Below, piece after piece: positions 28,731 to 38,158 of a stretch of 64,000 nucleotides of DNA. This stretch comes from an uncultured Chloroflexia bacterium (lineage in GTDB: Bacteria > Chloroflexota > Dehalococcoidia > GIF9 > UBA5629). The stretch is from NCBI GenBank assembly GCA_963842805.1, contig CAWJIA010000016.1, positions 179,191-243,190 on the forward strand, written 5' to 3'. The notes under the pieces were generated by a model. That model made no database searches. It was not told the DNA's origin and saw nothing but the letters and a program-made list of their open reading frames with translations. The position numbers were made by a program, and so were the translations under genes. Every line of letters begins with the position of its first letter. Position 1 is the first letter of the stretch.

Positions 28731-30323
28731 TTAACTGTCCAGAATTTTCATTGCCTGCGGCCTGTAAGCATTCATCAAGTACGGCACACCTGTCACTTTG
28801 GCGCATTCGTCAGTGAGCGACATTAGTTCGTTTCTCGAAATTGCCGGTACGTTGAAGCATCGGGCTCCGGCCATAAGTTGTTGGAGCCCAACCCTTATCT
28901 TGTCGCAATAACTATAGATGCCCAGCGCTCCTAATGGAATATTCTTCATTTCTTTGGCGCCTACCATTTTCTTGACGTCCTCATAGTTGACAAAAATCTC
29001 TTCCGGGGTAGACCCGAACTGTCCGACTGTATGCGGCAGCTTGCCATCCTTCATCCAGTTGGCAATGTTCTTGCCGACCATGCCCGGTATCATGAGCGCC
29101 CTGCCCATACATACTGCCTTTGTGAATGGAGCTCCCAGTGCCAATGCTTTGAAAACACCATCTTCACTGCTGAAACCACCTGCGAATGCGATATCGGGTG
29201 GTCTTTGCCCTTTGTCTTCGAGGTATTTAGCAAACTCACAGGCAGCCGAGTGCAGATAGAGAGGTGGCATGCCCCATTCTTCCATCATCCGCCACGGGCT
29301 CATCCCTGTACCGCCGGACGATCCATCAATCGTGAGAAGATCTATTTTGGCCACCGATCCCCATTTTATCGCCATAGCCAGTTCGCGCAGGCTATAGGCA
29401 CCTGTTTTAAGGGTGATCCTCTTGAAACCCAGTTTTTTTAGGCGTCTGACTTCGTCGTAGAAGCCGTCTTGGCTCACAAAACCCAGCCTGCTGTGGCGCT
29501 CGAATTCTTTGAGTGCGCCATCCTGATAGGCTTTCTGGTTGACGGGATCGGACGGATCGGGAGTAACGAGATAGCCGCGTTTCTGTAGTTCCCGGGCTCT
29601 TTCAATACTATTGACTTTGATTTCTCCTCCAATGCATTTGGCGCCCTGCCCCCATTTAAGCTCAATAGTATCCAGTCCATGTTTATCAATAACATATTCG
29701 GCAACTCCCAGCCTGGTGTCCTCGACGTTCATTTGCACGAGGATCTCACCGAATCCACGCTGATACCGTTTATAGATTTCTATTCGGCGGTCCATATCCG
29801 GAGCTGATTTTACCTTACCCTGGGCATTCAACTGGAGCTTTGGATCGATCCCGCAAACGTTTTCTCCGCATACGAGTGTCACTCCACCAAGGGCCGCCCC
29901 TACTGCAAAATGTTCCCAGTTTTTCCTGGCTATTTCGGTGGAACCGAGTGCGCCGGTAAATATGGGTACCTTCATTTTAACTTTGCGGTTCCAGCCATAT
30001 TCCGTTTCTGTGTTAACTGACGGGAAGGTGGCGGTGTCCGGGCTGGCCTTTACACCCTTCGGTAGTCCCTTTGCTCCGAGAGCATATCCCTGGATATTGA
30101 GGTGAGAGTAATCAACGGGATATTCCTTATCGCCGCCTGCGGTGATCTCACCAAACGGCCCCGGGTAGATAAGTTCGCGTCCACGGAATGTGGCCTTGAA
30201 AACCTCGCAATTTCCGGTGCATCCATCCAAACACCGTGAACACAGTCCGCTGGAAGGAACAATGCTCCTCGATCGGTTTGCCGTCCTGGTAGCGTCATTT
30301 GAGTTAGGTCGCTGCAGATTCAT
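28731..30323 (-). CDS. FMN-binding glutamate synthase family protein (stand-alone, archaeal-type subunit)
   Basis: N-terminal CSRCLDGCTGNC Fe-S motif, IELKWGQGAK, IDGSSGGTGMSP, AGG, KALALGA, MGRA. Confidence 0.88.
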   Translation of the reverse strand: MNLQRPNSNDATRTANRSRSIVPSSGLCSRCLDGCTGNCEVFKATFRGRELIYPGPFGEITAGGDKEYPVDYSHLNIQGYALGAKGLPKGVKASPDTATFPSVNTETEYGWNRKVKMKVPIFTGALGSTEIARKNWEHFAVGAALGGVTLVCGENVCGIDPKLQLNAQGKVKSAPDMDRRIEIYKRYQRGFGEILVQMNVEDTRLGVAEYVIDKHGLDTIELKWGQGAKCIGGEIKVNSIERARELQKRGYLVTPDPSDPVNQKAYQDGALKEFERHSRLGFVSQDGFYDEVRRLKKLGFKRITLKTGAYSLRELAMAIKWGSVAKIDLLTIDGSSGGTGMSPWRMMEEWGMPPLYLHSAACEFAKYLEDKGQRPPDIAFAGGFSSEDGVFKALALGAPFTKAVCMGRALMIPGMVGKNIANWMKDGKLPHTVGQFGSTPEEIFVNYEDVKKMVGAKEMKNIPLGALGIYSYCDKIRVGLQQLMAGARCFNVPAISRNELMSLTDECAKVTGVPYLMNAYRPQAMKILDS

Positions 30324-30417
30324 GCTTCAATCTCCTTCTATTTAAATTGATTAGTTCAACCATTAATTGTCTCAACAGGAGATAAATGTGCACTCAATAA
30401 GGCCTAATCTGAGTACG

Positions 30418-30600
30418 TGACGGTTTGGCTCTGGGATCACCCTTCCATCCCTGTGGCCTGCCGGACGCGTTAGTCGTGGATTAACTATTGACCTGAGGTG
30501 GTAGCATACTGCTCTTTCACCCAGACCCATGCCCGGTCCCCGCAGATTTCTTACTATAACTATTGCCCCTTGCGTTTCAGTGGTCTATCCCCAACCGTCA
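30418..30600 (-). promoter_or_regulatory. candidate structured 5' leader (c-di-AMP riboswitch-like)
   Basis: Ends can pair (TGACGGTTGG / CCAAACCGTCA); ordered words CACTGAA, GCGGGGACC, GGGTGAA, AATCC..GACTAAC, GCAGGC resemble the ydaO consensus. Confidence 0.3.
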
Positions 30601-30782
30601 GGGATAAAATGCGTCTTTTCCCCGGGTTACCGTTTAAAAAGCTACTATTTGCAGAAAAAAACGCGAGAAATGGGATGATTTTATCAATAAAACATGCGAA
30701 AATCAATAGAAATAGGCAAAAATCATCAAAATATTTATGGAAATTCAAAATTAACGAGGTTTCCTGTAACTGTCTATTTAGA

Positions 30783-31034
30783 ATCCATGTTATCCCCGAT
30801 TTCCTGTGCAACGCCGGCGGCGTTACCGTTTCCTACTTCGAGATGGTGCAGAACTTCAATATGTACTATTGGACCGAGGCAGAAGTTTACGAAAAACTCG
30901 ACAATAAGATGACGACTGCCTATCACTCGGTCTACGATACGCATAAGGACTACAAGATCAACATGCGTCAGGCAGCATATGTGAGGGCTGTGGAACGTGT
31001 TGTGGAAGCCATGAGGCCACGCGGTTGGGTCTAA
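30783..31034 (+). pseudogene. gdhA: C-terminal remnant (about 83 codons) of Glu/Leu/Phe/Val (glutamate) dehydrogenase
   Basis: IHVIPDFLCNAGGVTVSYFEMVQN...MRQAAYVRAVERVVEAMRPRGWV; the in-frame upstream part is AT-rich and unrelated. Confidence 0.88.
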
Positions 31035-31061
31035 ACTTAGAACTTTAGAATCGGATTATAG

Positions 31062-31092
31062 AAGTGGCCGGCTGCAATGCAGCCGGCCACTT
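31062..31092. terminator. intrinsic terminator between convergent genes
   Basis: AAGTGGCCGGCTGC-AAT-GCAGCCGGCCACTT perfect hairpin. Confidence 0.8.
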
Positions 31093-31108
31093 GATTTTTA
31101 CGTATTAA

Positions 31109-31465
31109 TTAATACCTTCTCATCCCACCACGACCGCCACCACCACGGCCGCCACCACCGCCACCGCCTCTACCCCCAAAGGACGACCTGCCGCCGCCGG
31201 GACCACCACGGGAACCACCTTCGCCCTTGGGTCGGGCGCCGTTGACCGTAATCGTGCGCTCCTTGAGTTTCTTGCCGTTCAAGCCTGTGATAGCCGCCTG
31301 GCCTTCCTGTAGCTTAGGCATCTCCACAAAGCCGAATCCCTTGGACCGGCCCGTGTAAGTATCCTTAATAATGGCTACCGAAGCGACTTCTCCAAATGCT
31401 TCGAACTCCGTCTTAAGATCTTCCTCTGTCACCTCGTAGGCCAGGTTTCCAACATAAATGTTCAT
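31109..31465 (-). CDS. RRM RNA-binding protein with Gly/Arg-rich tail
   Basis: RNP2 IYVGNL, RNP1 KGFGFVEM, RGG tail. Confidence 0.95.
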   Translation of the reverse strand: MNIYVGNLAYEVTEEDLKTEFEAFGEVASVAIIKDTYTGRSKGFGFVEMPKLQEGQAAITGLNGKKLKERTITVNGARPKGEGGSRGGPGGGRSSFGGRGGGGGGGRGGGGRGGMRRY

Positions 31466-31725
31466 AATACTTAGTGTTTCCCTCCAAAAATTATTACCGT
31501 ATAGATATTTATGGCTTGAAGTCGGGTCATCTCAAACTTAGATCGGTTAAGGCGGGGTATGCGATAAAGGGATTAAGTCAACAATAACCTAAACAAAAAC
31601 CACTAGGATAACTATACACTTTAAAGCGATAGGATGCAAAATAATACATCGTAGCGGATTGTTGCCAACCTTGTAATCCGTTTAGCGAATTCACCATTCA
31701 TCTGATATACTTCTAAACTTCAATT

Positions 31726-32883
31726 ATGGAAATTCACGACCTCAGTTTTTCAAAGCGCTTTGTAATACCCTGCATCATCTATGGGCTGCAGTCGATGTCG
31801 CTTTGGACCGTGCTAACCTATATAACTATCTACTGGATAGATATCGGCTTCAGCCACTTTGAGGTGGGCGTGCTCATTTCCATTTTCACCCTGATGTCGC
31901 TGATATTGATGGTCCCCATCGGCATCTTCGTGGACCGCATCTCGCCAAAAAAACTGGTAATCGCCAGCCAGGTCGTTTTCGGCCTGGGTATCGTCGGCCT
32001 CATGATGTCCCGGGAATTTTGGCCTACCCTTCTGTGGGTGGCGGTGGCAGGCACGGGATATGCGCTATTCAATAATGCGCTGCCCTCGCTTTACTATAAA
32101 ACGCTGGGCTATAAATTTCGCGGCCTCAAGCTCGGATACTTCAACGCCGCACTATTGGTAGGCTATGGCCTCGGGCCGCTGCTGGGCGGCTACATATTAT
32201 CGGCCTGCAACATGAATGCCGTCTTTATATTTGCCCTTTCCGCCCTGGCGCCCCTGTTCATCCTGTGCATATTCCTGGCTGATATGCCGGGCATGCGGGT
32301 GCAGATCTCGGATTACAAAGCTGACCTGTCAAATAAGTCCGTGCTCATCTTCATCATGCTGGTTTTTGCCTTTTCGCTGCATGCCGGCGCAGAGCAGTCC
32401 AGCTTGAGCCTCTTCCTCAATAAAGATATAGGGCTCAATGACGAATCGGTGGGCTGGCTGTTTTTTATCCATGCCGACGTCATGGCACTTCTGTCGATAG
32501 TAAATGGGTTTCTGGGCGACCGCCTCAACTCAGGGGGCAAAGGGCTGGCCAGGCTCTACTACCTGGGCATCGCTATTTCCGGTGTTACCAACATTTTGCT
32601 GGGTTTCACCAGCACCTTCGGCACCGTCCTCGGCACGCGCTTATTGCATGCCGTAGGCGACAGCGTTGTAATGGTGACACGCAGCCTCATCATCTCCAAT
32701 CTATTCGTCACTACCCGCATGGGAGGCAACCTTGGAACCATCACGGCCACAGTGACGCTGGCCACCCTGGTGGGATCCATCATCAGCGGCGCTGTGCCCG
32801 GTTATGTGACCGGTTTTGTTATCGCCGGAGCGCTGGCCTTACTATCCATACCCATTGCCGTCATTGCAAAACCGAAATTTTAA
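31726..32883 (+). CDS. MFS transporter
   Basis: About 12 TM; motif A-like GIFVDRISPKK and GFLGDRL; GPLLGG. Confidence 0.88.
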   Translation: MEIHDLSFSKRFVIPCIIYGLQSMSLWTVLTYITIYWIDIGFSHFEVGVLISIFTLMSLILMVPIGIFVDRISPKKLVIASQVVFGLGIVGLMMSREFWPTLLWVAVAGTGYALFNNALPSLYYKTLGYKFRGLKLGYFNAALLVGYGLGPLLGGYILSACNMNAVFIFALSALAPLFILCIFLADMPGMRVQISDYKADLSNKSVLIFIMLVFAFSLHAGAEQSSLSLFLNKDIGLNDESVGWLFFIHADVMALLSIVNGFLGDRLNSGGKGLARLYYLGIAISGVTNILLGFTSTFGTVLGTRLLHAVGDSVVMVTRSLIISNLFVTTRMGGNLGTITATVTLATLVGSIISGAVPGYVTGFVIAGALALLSIPIAVIAKPKF

Positions 32884-32957
32884 TACGGTTTTTTAATCGC
32901 AGGATTTCTTCAAAGCGTATATGAACCTGATCGGACTTTAAGGTATAATTCCGCTCA

Positions 32958-33845
32958 ATGAAGGCCGAATTAAGAAAAGCCGTCAATGCGATTGGGAGGG
33001 ACCGCGAGCACGGGGCGGGCTGGTTGACCTCACAATCCCTTGAAGCTCTCAAGGCCGCCTGTCTGGAAAGCGATGCCCGGACAGCAGCCAAATTCTACAG
33101 ACAGGTCGGTGAAGTTGTGGATGCTCTTATCCAGATACGGCCGGGCATGGTCTCCATAGCCAACTACGCACTGAAATTCAAGGACGAATTGACGGCTTTG
33201 GAAACCAGAGTCAAAACGATCGATAGGTTGAAAAAACACGGCGTGAGTATCGCCGGCCGTCTGGTCAAATATCAGGCAAAATCAGCCGCTTCCGTTGCAC
33301 GCCACGCAGCTAAATTGATCGACCGCCGCACGATTATCATGACCTGCAGCTATAGCTCCTCCGTCTGCAGCACCCTGGAAACGGCCAGGCGAAAAGGCAT
33401 CGATTTCAAGGTCCTGGTTGTAGAATCACGGAATGGCAGGATATCTTACGGCCGGATTGCGGCCGGCCGCCTTGAAAAAGCTGGAATCATCTGCAGGATT
33501 ATCCCGGACGGGCAGGTGCGCTGGCACGTAGCCAGGGCTGATACCGTCCTGATAGGCGCCGATTCCGTCTCCCTGCAGGGGTGGCTTCTCAATGGCTCTC
33601 CCACGCTTGAAGTTGCTGAAATTGCCGGACGCAGGTCGATCCCGGTCTATTCTATATGTGAGAAGGCCAAGCTCGATGTCAGGGGCTTCATAACCGGCAT
33701 GCGCAGGCCCGAGCCTGGATTCGACATGGTCCCGCTTGAGCTGGTCACCGCTTTTATCACGGAATCGGGCCTTTTAAAGCCTGACGATATATATAATTTA
33801 AGTTTTGAAGATATCTTCGGGAGCCGATTTGCCGGGACTGGTTGA
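32958..33845 (+). CDS. eIF-2B alpha/beta/delta-family protein (ribose-1,5-bisphosphate isomerase-like)
   Basis: DREHGA, RPGM, MTCSYSSSV, VESR, IGADSV, NG, FDMVP...FITESG. Confidence 0.78.
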   Translation: MKAELRKAVNAIGRDREHGAGWLTSQSLEALKAACLESDARTAAKFYRQVGEVVDALIQIRPGMVSIANYALKFKDELTALETRVKTIDRLKKHGVSIAGRLVKYQAKSAASVARHAAKLIDRRTIIMTCSYSSSVCSTLETARRKGIDFKVLVVESRNGRISYGRIAAGRLEKAGIICRIIPDGQVRWHVARADTVLIGADSVSLQGWLLNGSPTLEVAEIAGRRSIPVYSICEKAKLDVRGFITGMRRPEPGFDMVPLELVTAFITESGLLKPDDIYNLSFEDIFGSRFAGTG

Positions 33846-34599
33846 CACACACGCTCACCTCGACGAGATCAAGGACATCGATTCAGCGCTGACGCAGGCC
33901 GAGGAGGCCGGGGTGGAGGCCGTTATAGGGGTGGGCCAGGATTTAGTCTCCAATCAAAAAATAGTAGAACTTGCTGCCCGCTATCCAGGACTTGTTTATG
34001 CGGCTATCGGCCTGCATCCCTGGTCGCTGGGAAAAATGGATGAAACCGGGATAGAGGAGAATATCGCTTTTATTAAAGGCCATCTATCGTCCCTCTGCGC
34101 CCTGGGCGAGGTGGGACTGGACTACGATAAGCGGGTGCTCAAAGGGGCCGGCAAAGATCTGCAACAAAATGTTCTCCGCAGGCTGCTTCAGTTGGCCCTG
34201 GAATTCGATAAGCCGGTGTCATTGCACAGCCGCTATGCCTGGAAGGATTGCCTGCAATTGGCCAAAGAGACGGGAATAAAAAGGCTGGTATTCCACTGGT
34301 ATACGGGTTTCTCCAGCACCTTATCCGAGCTGATCGAGGCCGGCTATTATATATCCGCCACGCCTGCGGCGGAGTACCATGACGAGCACCGCCGGACTAT
34401 CAGGGAGGCGCCGCTTGACAGGCTCCTGCTGGAGACCGATTGTCCCGTATTCTACGGTCGGCCTGAACGGTACCGCTCTCAGCCATCGGACGTTCTTCGC
34501 AGCCTTAAGGCGGCGGCTCAGATCAAGGGTATCGACGAGAAGGAATTGTCTATTCAGACCACATTGAACGCAAATGCCCTGTTTAAACTCTCAAGATAA
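33805..34599 (+). CDS. tatD: TatD-family hydrolase/DNase
   Basis: DTHAH, GLHPW, GEVGLDY, LHSR, FHW, LLETDCP; true start may be a few codons downstream. Confidence 0.92.
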   Translation: MKISSGADLPGLVDTHAHLDEIKDIDSALTQAEEAGVEAVIGVGQDLVSNQKIVELAARYPGLVYAAIGLHPWSLGKMDETGIEENIAFIKGHLSSLCALGEVGLDYDKRVLKGAGKDLQQNVLRRLLQLALEFDKPVSLHSRYAWKDCLQLAKETGIKRLVFHWYTGFSSTLSELIEAGYYISATPAAEYHDEHRRTIREAPLDRLLLETDCPVFYGRPERYRSQPSDVLRSLKAAAQIKGIDEKELSIQTTLNANALFKLSR

Positions 34600-34617
34600 C
34601 GTATAATATCTGGAGCG

Positions 34618-35343
34618 ATGTTTAATTGTATCCGGACCATGAAGGAAGATATCCGGGCCGCCATGGACCGGGACCCGGCAGCCAGGAGCGCATTCGAGGT
34701 GCTTGTCCTCTACCCGGGCCTGCACGCGCTGTGGTGGCACCGCGTGGCCCATTTCTTCTATTGCCATCGATGGTTCTTTATCGGCCGTCTGATCTCACAG
34801 GTCAACCGCTTCTTCACCCAGATCGAGATCCACCCCGGCGCTACCATCGGCAGGCGCTTCTTCATCGATCACGGAGCGGGTGTAGTGATCGGCGAGACTT
34901 CGCAGATTGGCGATGATGTCTTGATGTACCAGGGCGTGGTGCTGGGAGGCACTATGCTGCAGAAAAAGAAAAGGCATCCCACCATAGGCAATAACGTGGT
35001 CATCGGGTCGCGCGCCGTCATACTGGGCGCCATAACGGTGGGGGACGGCGCACGCATAGGCTCGGGCTCGGTGGTTATCAAATCCGTCCCGCCCGGGGCC
35101 ACAGTAGTGGGCGTGCCCGGAAGGATAGTCGAGGAGCAGCGGCCAGCCAAAATCGAGCTGGACCATGACCGTCTGCCCGATCCAGTGGCCGAGGCAATCA
35201 GGCTGGTGCTGGCCGAGCAGGACAAGCTGGAAGAGCGTGTGAAAATGCTGGAGGGCAGCATCGGCGTCACAGCGCCCGCTGACGAATTGAAAGAAATGCA
35301 AATGAAGGTCAAACAGGAATTTAACTACGACTACCAGATTTGA
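34618..35343 (+). CDS. cysE: serine O-acetyltransferase
   Basis: [45 protein letters not shown]. Confidence 0.95.
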   Translation: MFNCIRTMKEDIRAAMDRDPAARSAFEVLVLYPGLHALWWHRVAHFFYCHRWFFIGRLISQVNRFFTQIEIHPGATIGRRFFIDHGAGVVIGETSQIGDDVLMYQGVVLGGTMLQKKKRHPTIGNNVVIGSRAVILGAITVGDGARIGSGSVVIKSVPPGATVVGVPGRIVEEQRPAKIELDHDRLPDPVAEAIRLVLAEQDKLEERVKMLEGSIGVTAPADELKEMQMKVKQEFNYDYQI

Positions 35344-35410
35344 TCCGTCACCATATTTACTGCCATAGGGATGTGCGAAAGGCACTGAATGATGAAAATT
35401 GAGTATTCCA

Positions 35411-35683
35411 CTATATATCGCTGAAGTTAAAAAGATTTTTCACCCCAAGATATAGTGCAAGTTCTGACTTGGTCTTGGTAACCTCCACCTCTTTGATCTT
35501 GGCCATGCAAGCATCACATTCCTTTATAGCCTCCTCTACCCGGCTCTCCTCTGCGTTTTCGCTCGACAGGAGCTGGTCACATAGGTCTTTGATCTTTTTA
35601 ATACGCTCAGCATCAGCGCTAGCGTTACGCTTGCCGACTTCCAGCATAAGTTCGGAATACTTAGCTCTTAGGGTTTCTTTCAT
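35411..35683 (-). pseudogene. probable N-terminal fragment of a phage head (scaffold/prohead-type) protein
   Basis: GGAGGT SD preceded by a terminator; charged helical sequence EVGKRNASADAERIKKI; changes abruptly to an unrelated tail after ...EVTKTK (about 35468); same strand as and downstream of the gpF fragment. Confidence 0.45.
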
Positions 35684-35708
35684 GGTTTACCTCCTGTTTT
35701 CGGGCAAT

Positions 35709-35733
35709 AAAAAAGCCGCCCTTTCGAGCGGCT
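35709..35733 (-). terminator. intrinsic terminator
   Basis: Minus strand AGCCGCTCGAAAGGGCGGCT-TTTTT. Confidence 0.75.
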
Positions 35734-35962
35734 AGGAGTATTTCTTGGGAAATATTTACTAGGCGGAGCTAAGTGGCTCTCGCAGAATTTGCAGATTTGT
35801 AGCAGTGGTTTTGATAGTCACCATGTGTTGCCATTCCCCAGACACAGAGTATAATATCGGACATGAATGCCAATAGGGCTGTAATTATAGTTAGACTGGC
35901 TATTTCTGCCTATTCATCAAGGTGAAGCCCACAATTATTTAATTTCAGGGTAACAGTTAGTT

Positions 35963-37048
35963 GTGAGATACAAGGGAATGATTGTGCCGGGAGTTTTCAT
36001 CCTGCTAGCGATAGCGGTGACGCTAACAGGCTGTGAAACGGCGAAAGAACATTTTGATAAAGGGCAAGAATACTGGTATCAACAGCAATATGACAAAGCA
36101 ATTTCGGAATACACTGCCGCCATAAAAATGGACGCAAAATATACCGAGGCATACGCCCAACGCGGAATTGCATATTCCAATATAGGTAACTACGACAAGG
36201 CAATTGATGATTTATATATGGCACTATATCTGAACCCAAATAATGCCACAGCATACCTTTACCTTGGAGATGCCTATTTAGACAAACAGGAATATGATAA
36301 AGCAATTGACGATTACAATATGGGGATATATCTAGACCCGACTGAACCTGCGAATTACTTTTCCAGAGGAATCACGTATAACCAAAAAGGCGAATATGAC
36401 TTAGCTATAGCTGATTTTACCAAAGCTATTTCGCTGCAAACAGACAAGCCTAGTTCTTACAGTACAGTACTTCTGAGTCTTTATTACAAATATCGCGGAT
36501 TGGCCTATAAAGCTAAAGGTGACATGGATAAAGCCGAATCTGATTCAAATAAGGCTCAAGAATTAGAAACTGAATCGAAAACAAACCCAACCCCCTCACC
36601 TGATGAGACAACTCTAACACCGGCGCCAGCACCTACTTCGTCACCTCAGTCTATTTCTCCAATAACACCTACACCCAAACCAAAACCTATTCCTACTCCT
36701 TATCCTGCACAACCAAATCCATGGCCTATCATCAACGGCATTAATTTTAACGATGAAACGATTACGCCAAACACAGCAAACCCAACACCTGAATACCGTA
36801 GATGTACCGGATATGATGTAACTTGTTTAGCTAGTGATACTGATAATGAGACCTTGATTTATACTTGGTCAACAAGTGGCGGCGAAATAAAGAGCCCAGA
36901 TAACAAATCAGGCCCCAAAATCCGTTGGGTTTCACCATGTGTTGGTGCTCATGAAAATGACGTCGATAGCATTATTGCAGTTACTGTAACTGATGGAAAA
37001 GGTGCAAGTACTAATTTCAGTATCATGGTAAATCTAATAGACCAGTAA
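35963..37048 (+). CDS. TPR-repeat lipoprotein with Pro/Thr linker and C-terminal PKD/Ig-like domain
   Basis: Lipobox LTGC; about 5 TPRs (AY..RG.AY...G.YD.AI.D); ASDTDNETLIYTW...VTVTDGKG. Confidence 0.85.
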   Translation: MRYKGMIVPGVFILLAIAVTLTGCETAKEHFDKGQEYWYQQQYDKAISEYTAAIKMDAKYTEAYAQRGIAYSNIGNYDKAIDDLYMALYLNPNNATAYLYLGDAYLDKQEYDKAIDDYNMGIYLDPTEPANYFSRGITYNQKGEYDLAIADFTKAISLQTDKPSSYSTVLLSLYYKYRGLAYKAKGDMDKAESDSNKAQELETESKTNPTPSPDETTLTPAPAPTSSPQSISPITPTPKPKPIPTPYPAQPNPWPIINGINFNDETITPNTANPTPEYRRCTGYDVTCLASDTDNETLIYTWSTSGGEIKSPDNKSGPKIRWVSPCVGAHENDVDSIIAVTVTDGKGASTNFSIMVNLIDQ

Positions 37049-37087
37049 CTTATAAAACTTCCACGATTAGCGAAACTTGAATTTAAA

Positions 37088-38158
37088 CTACTTCTTATAA
37101 GCGGTTTTCACAGCTTCGATAAAATCCTCAAACGCTTTCAAGGAGAAATGTTGTAAAGGCCATCTGGCGATGATGCCGCCTTTAAATTTTTTATTTTCAA
37201 ATACTATACCAGGCAGCCTTGCCCTTATTATGTCTTTTAACGTTTCTGCGTCTTCAATATTTACCCAAATACTTATGCCCTTCTTTTGCGGTTTTATTGG
37301 TAATCCAGCATATATGCTGTGCATTTTACCTGGGCGAATATGGAAATTGACGGTCTTTTCTGACTTGCGAGCTTTAAAATCAGTGATAATTTTTTCACCG
37401 CTATTTACCTTATTCACGAAATCAAGTATTTCCTTGACATTCTGCTGGGCAGTGAGATCACCAGCGTATGCTTCTATGACTACATCGTCAGCAGGTATCG
37501 GGGGTGGAGGGCTGTCCTTCTTGACCTCCGTACAATATATTTTAGGTATAGTAATTTCCATATCTTCGTGGTTATATTGCTCCAGTTGTACAGGGTATAT
37601 GGTGAATTTGCTATTCTGATTAAGAAAAACAATGACGTTTTTTAGCTGCTCATGAAGCTGATCCATTAACACCACGAACTTGATATTGCCTTCATGGAGG
37701 TTGATCTTAATTTTTCTTATGACGTCTGCGACATCCTCATCTCCGAAATCGAGGAACTCCTTTAACCTGCCTTTAAGATTAGTATTATTCTTAAAATGTT
37801 TTTTGATGCATTTATCCGCTTTGTCAATAAAAGCCTCGAAATCAAAAGAGTCACGCCATAATGATGACCCGTAATCTAATACTTGGGCAACTACTAAACG
37901 CTTATCCGGATTCTTGTATAACTTCGTTTCTATAACATAAATTTCCCCATCCTGATCGGTAGCAAGCAGATCAATCTGTCCGGTATTCGTGGGAAATTCA
38001 GGGCAGAGTATGAGCAGGCGTATATCCTCTTTGATATCATAAAGCGGAATAGAATCAGGATTCTCAAAGATATACTCCTGAAGTTTACCCTCCTGCTCAA
38101 ATGACGACTTGTTCAATTTAACCGCGTCCTTACCTCCTTTCGTAATAATAATTGACAT
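37088..38158 (-). CDS. PD-(D/E)XK endonuclease (NucS/DUF91-like N-terminal domain)
   Basis: E..LQEYI, EF, IDLLATD..G..YVIETK, VVAQVLDY; AGGAGGA SD favours ATG 38158 over GTG 38167. Confidence 0.75.
   Translation of the reverse strand: MSIIITKGGKDAVKLNKSSFEQEGKLQEYIFENPDSIPLYDIKEDIRLLILCPEFPTNTGQIDLLATDQDGEIYVIETKLYKNPDKRLVVAQVLDYGSSLWRDSFDFEAFIDKADKCIKKHFKNNTNLKGRLKEFLDFGDEDVADVIRKIKINLHEGNIKFVVLMDQLHEQLKNVIVFLNQNSKFTIYPVQLEQYNHEDMEITIPKIYCTEVKKDSPPPPIPADDVVIEAYAGDLTAQQNVKEILDFVNKVNSGEKIITDFKARKSEKTVNFHIRPGKMHSIYAGLPIKPQKKGISIWVNIEDAETLKDIIRARLPGIVFENKKFKGGIIARWPLQHFSLKAFEDFIEAVKTAYKK

Noticed and set aside
28576-28806. 76-aa N-terminal extension of the HtrA ORF in the ORF track
   Set aside because: Overlaps the glutamate synthase 3' end, has no protease-like character, and a good SD precedes ATG 28575.
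30498-30782. N-terminal half of the 178-aa ORF as a novel GDH fusion
   Set aside because: Translates AT-rich intergenic DNA with no SD; only the part from 30783 resembles GDH.
31130-31215. CCA/CCG-rich low-complexity repeat
   Set aside because: Simply encodes the Gly/Arg-rich tail of the RRM protein.
31466-31725. Long upstream region of the RRM gene as a cold-shock-type leader RNA
   Set aside because: No strong hairpin or recognisable motif; it must also hold two divergent promoters.
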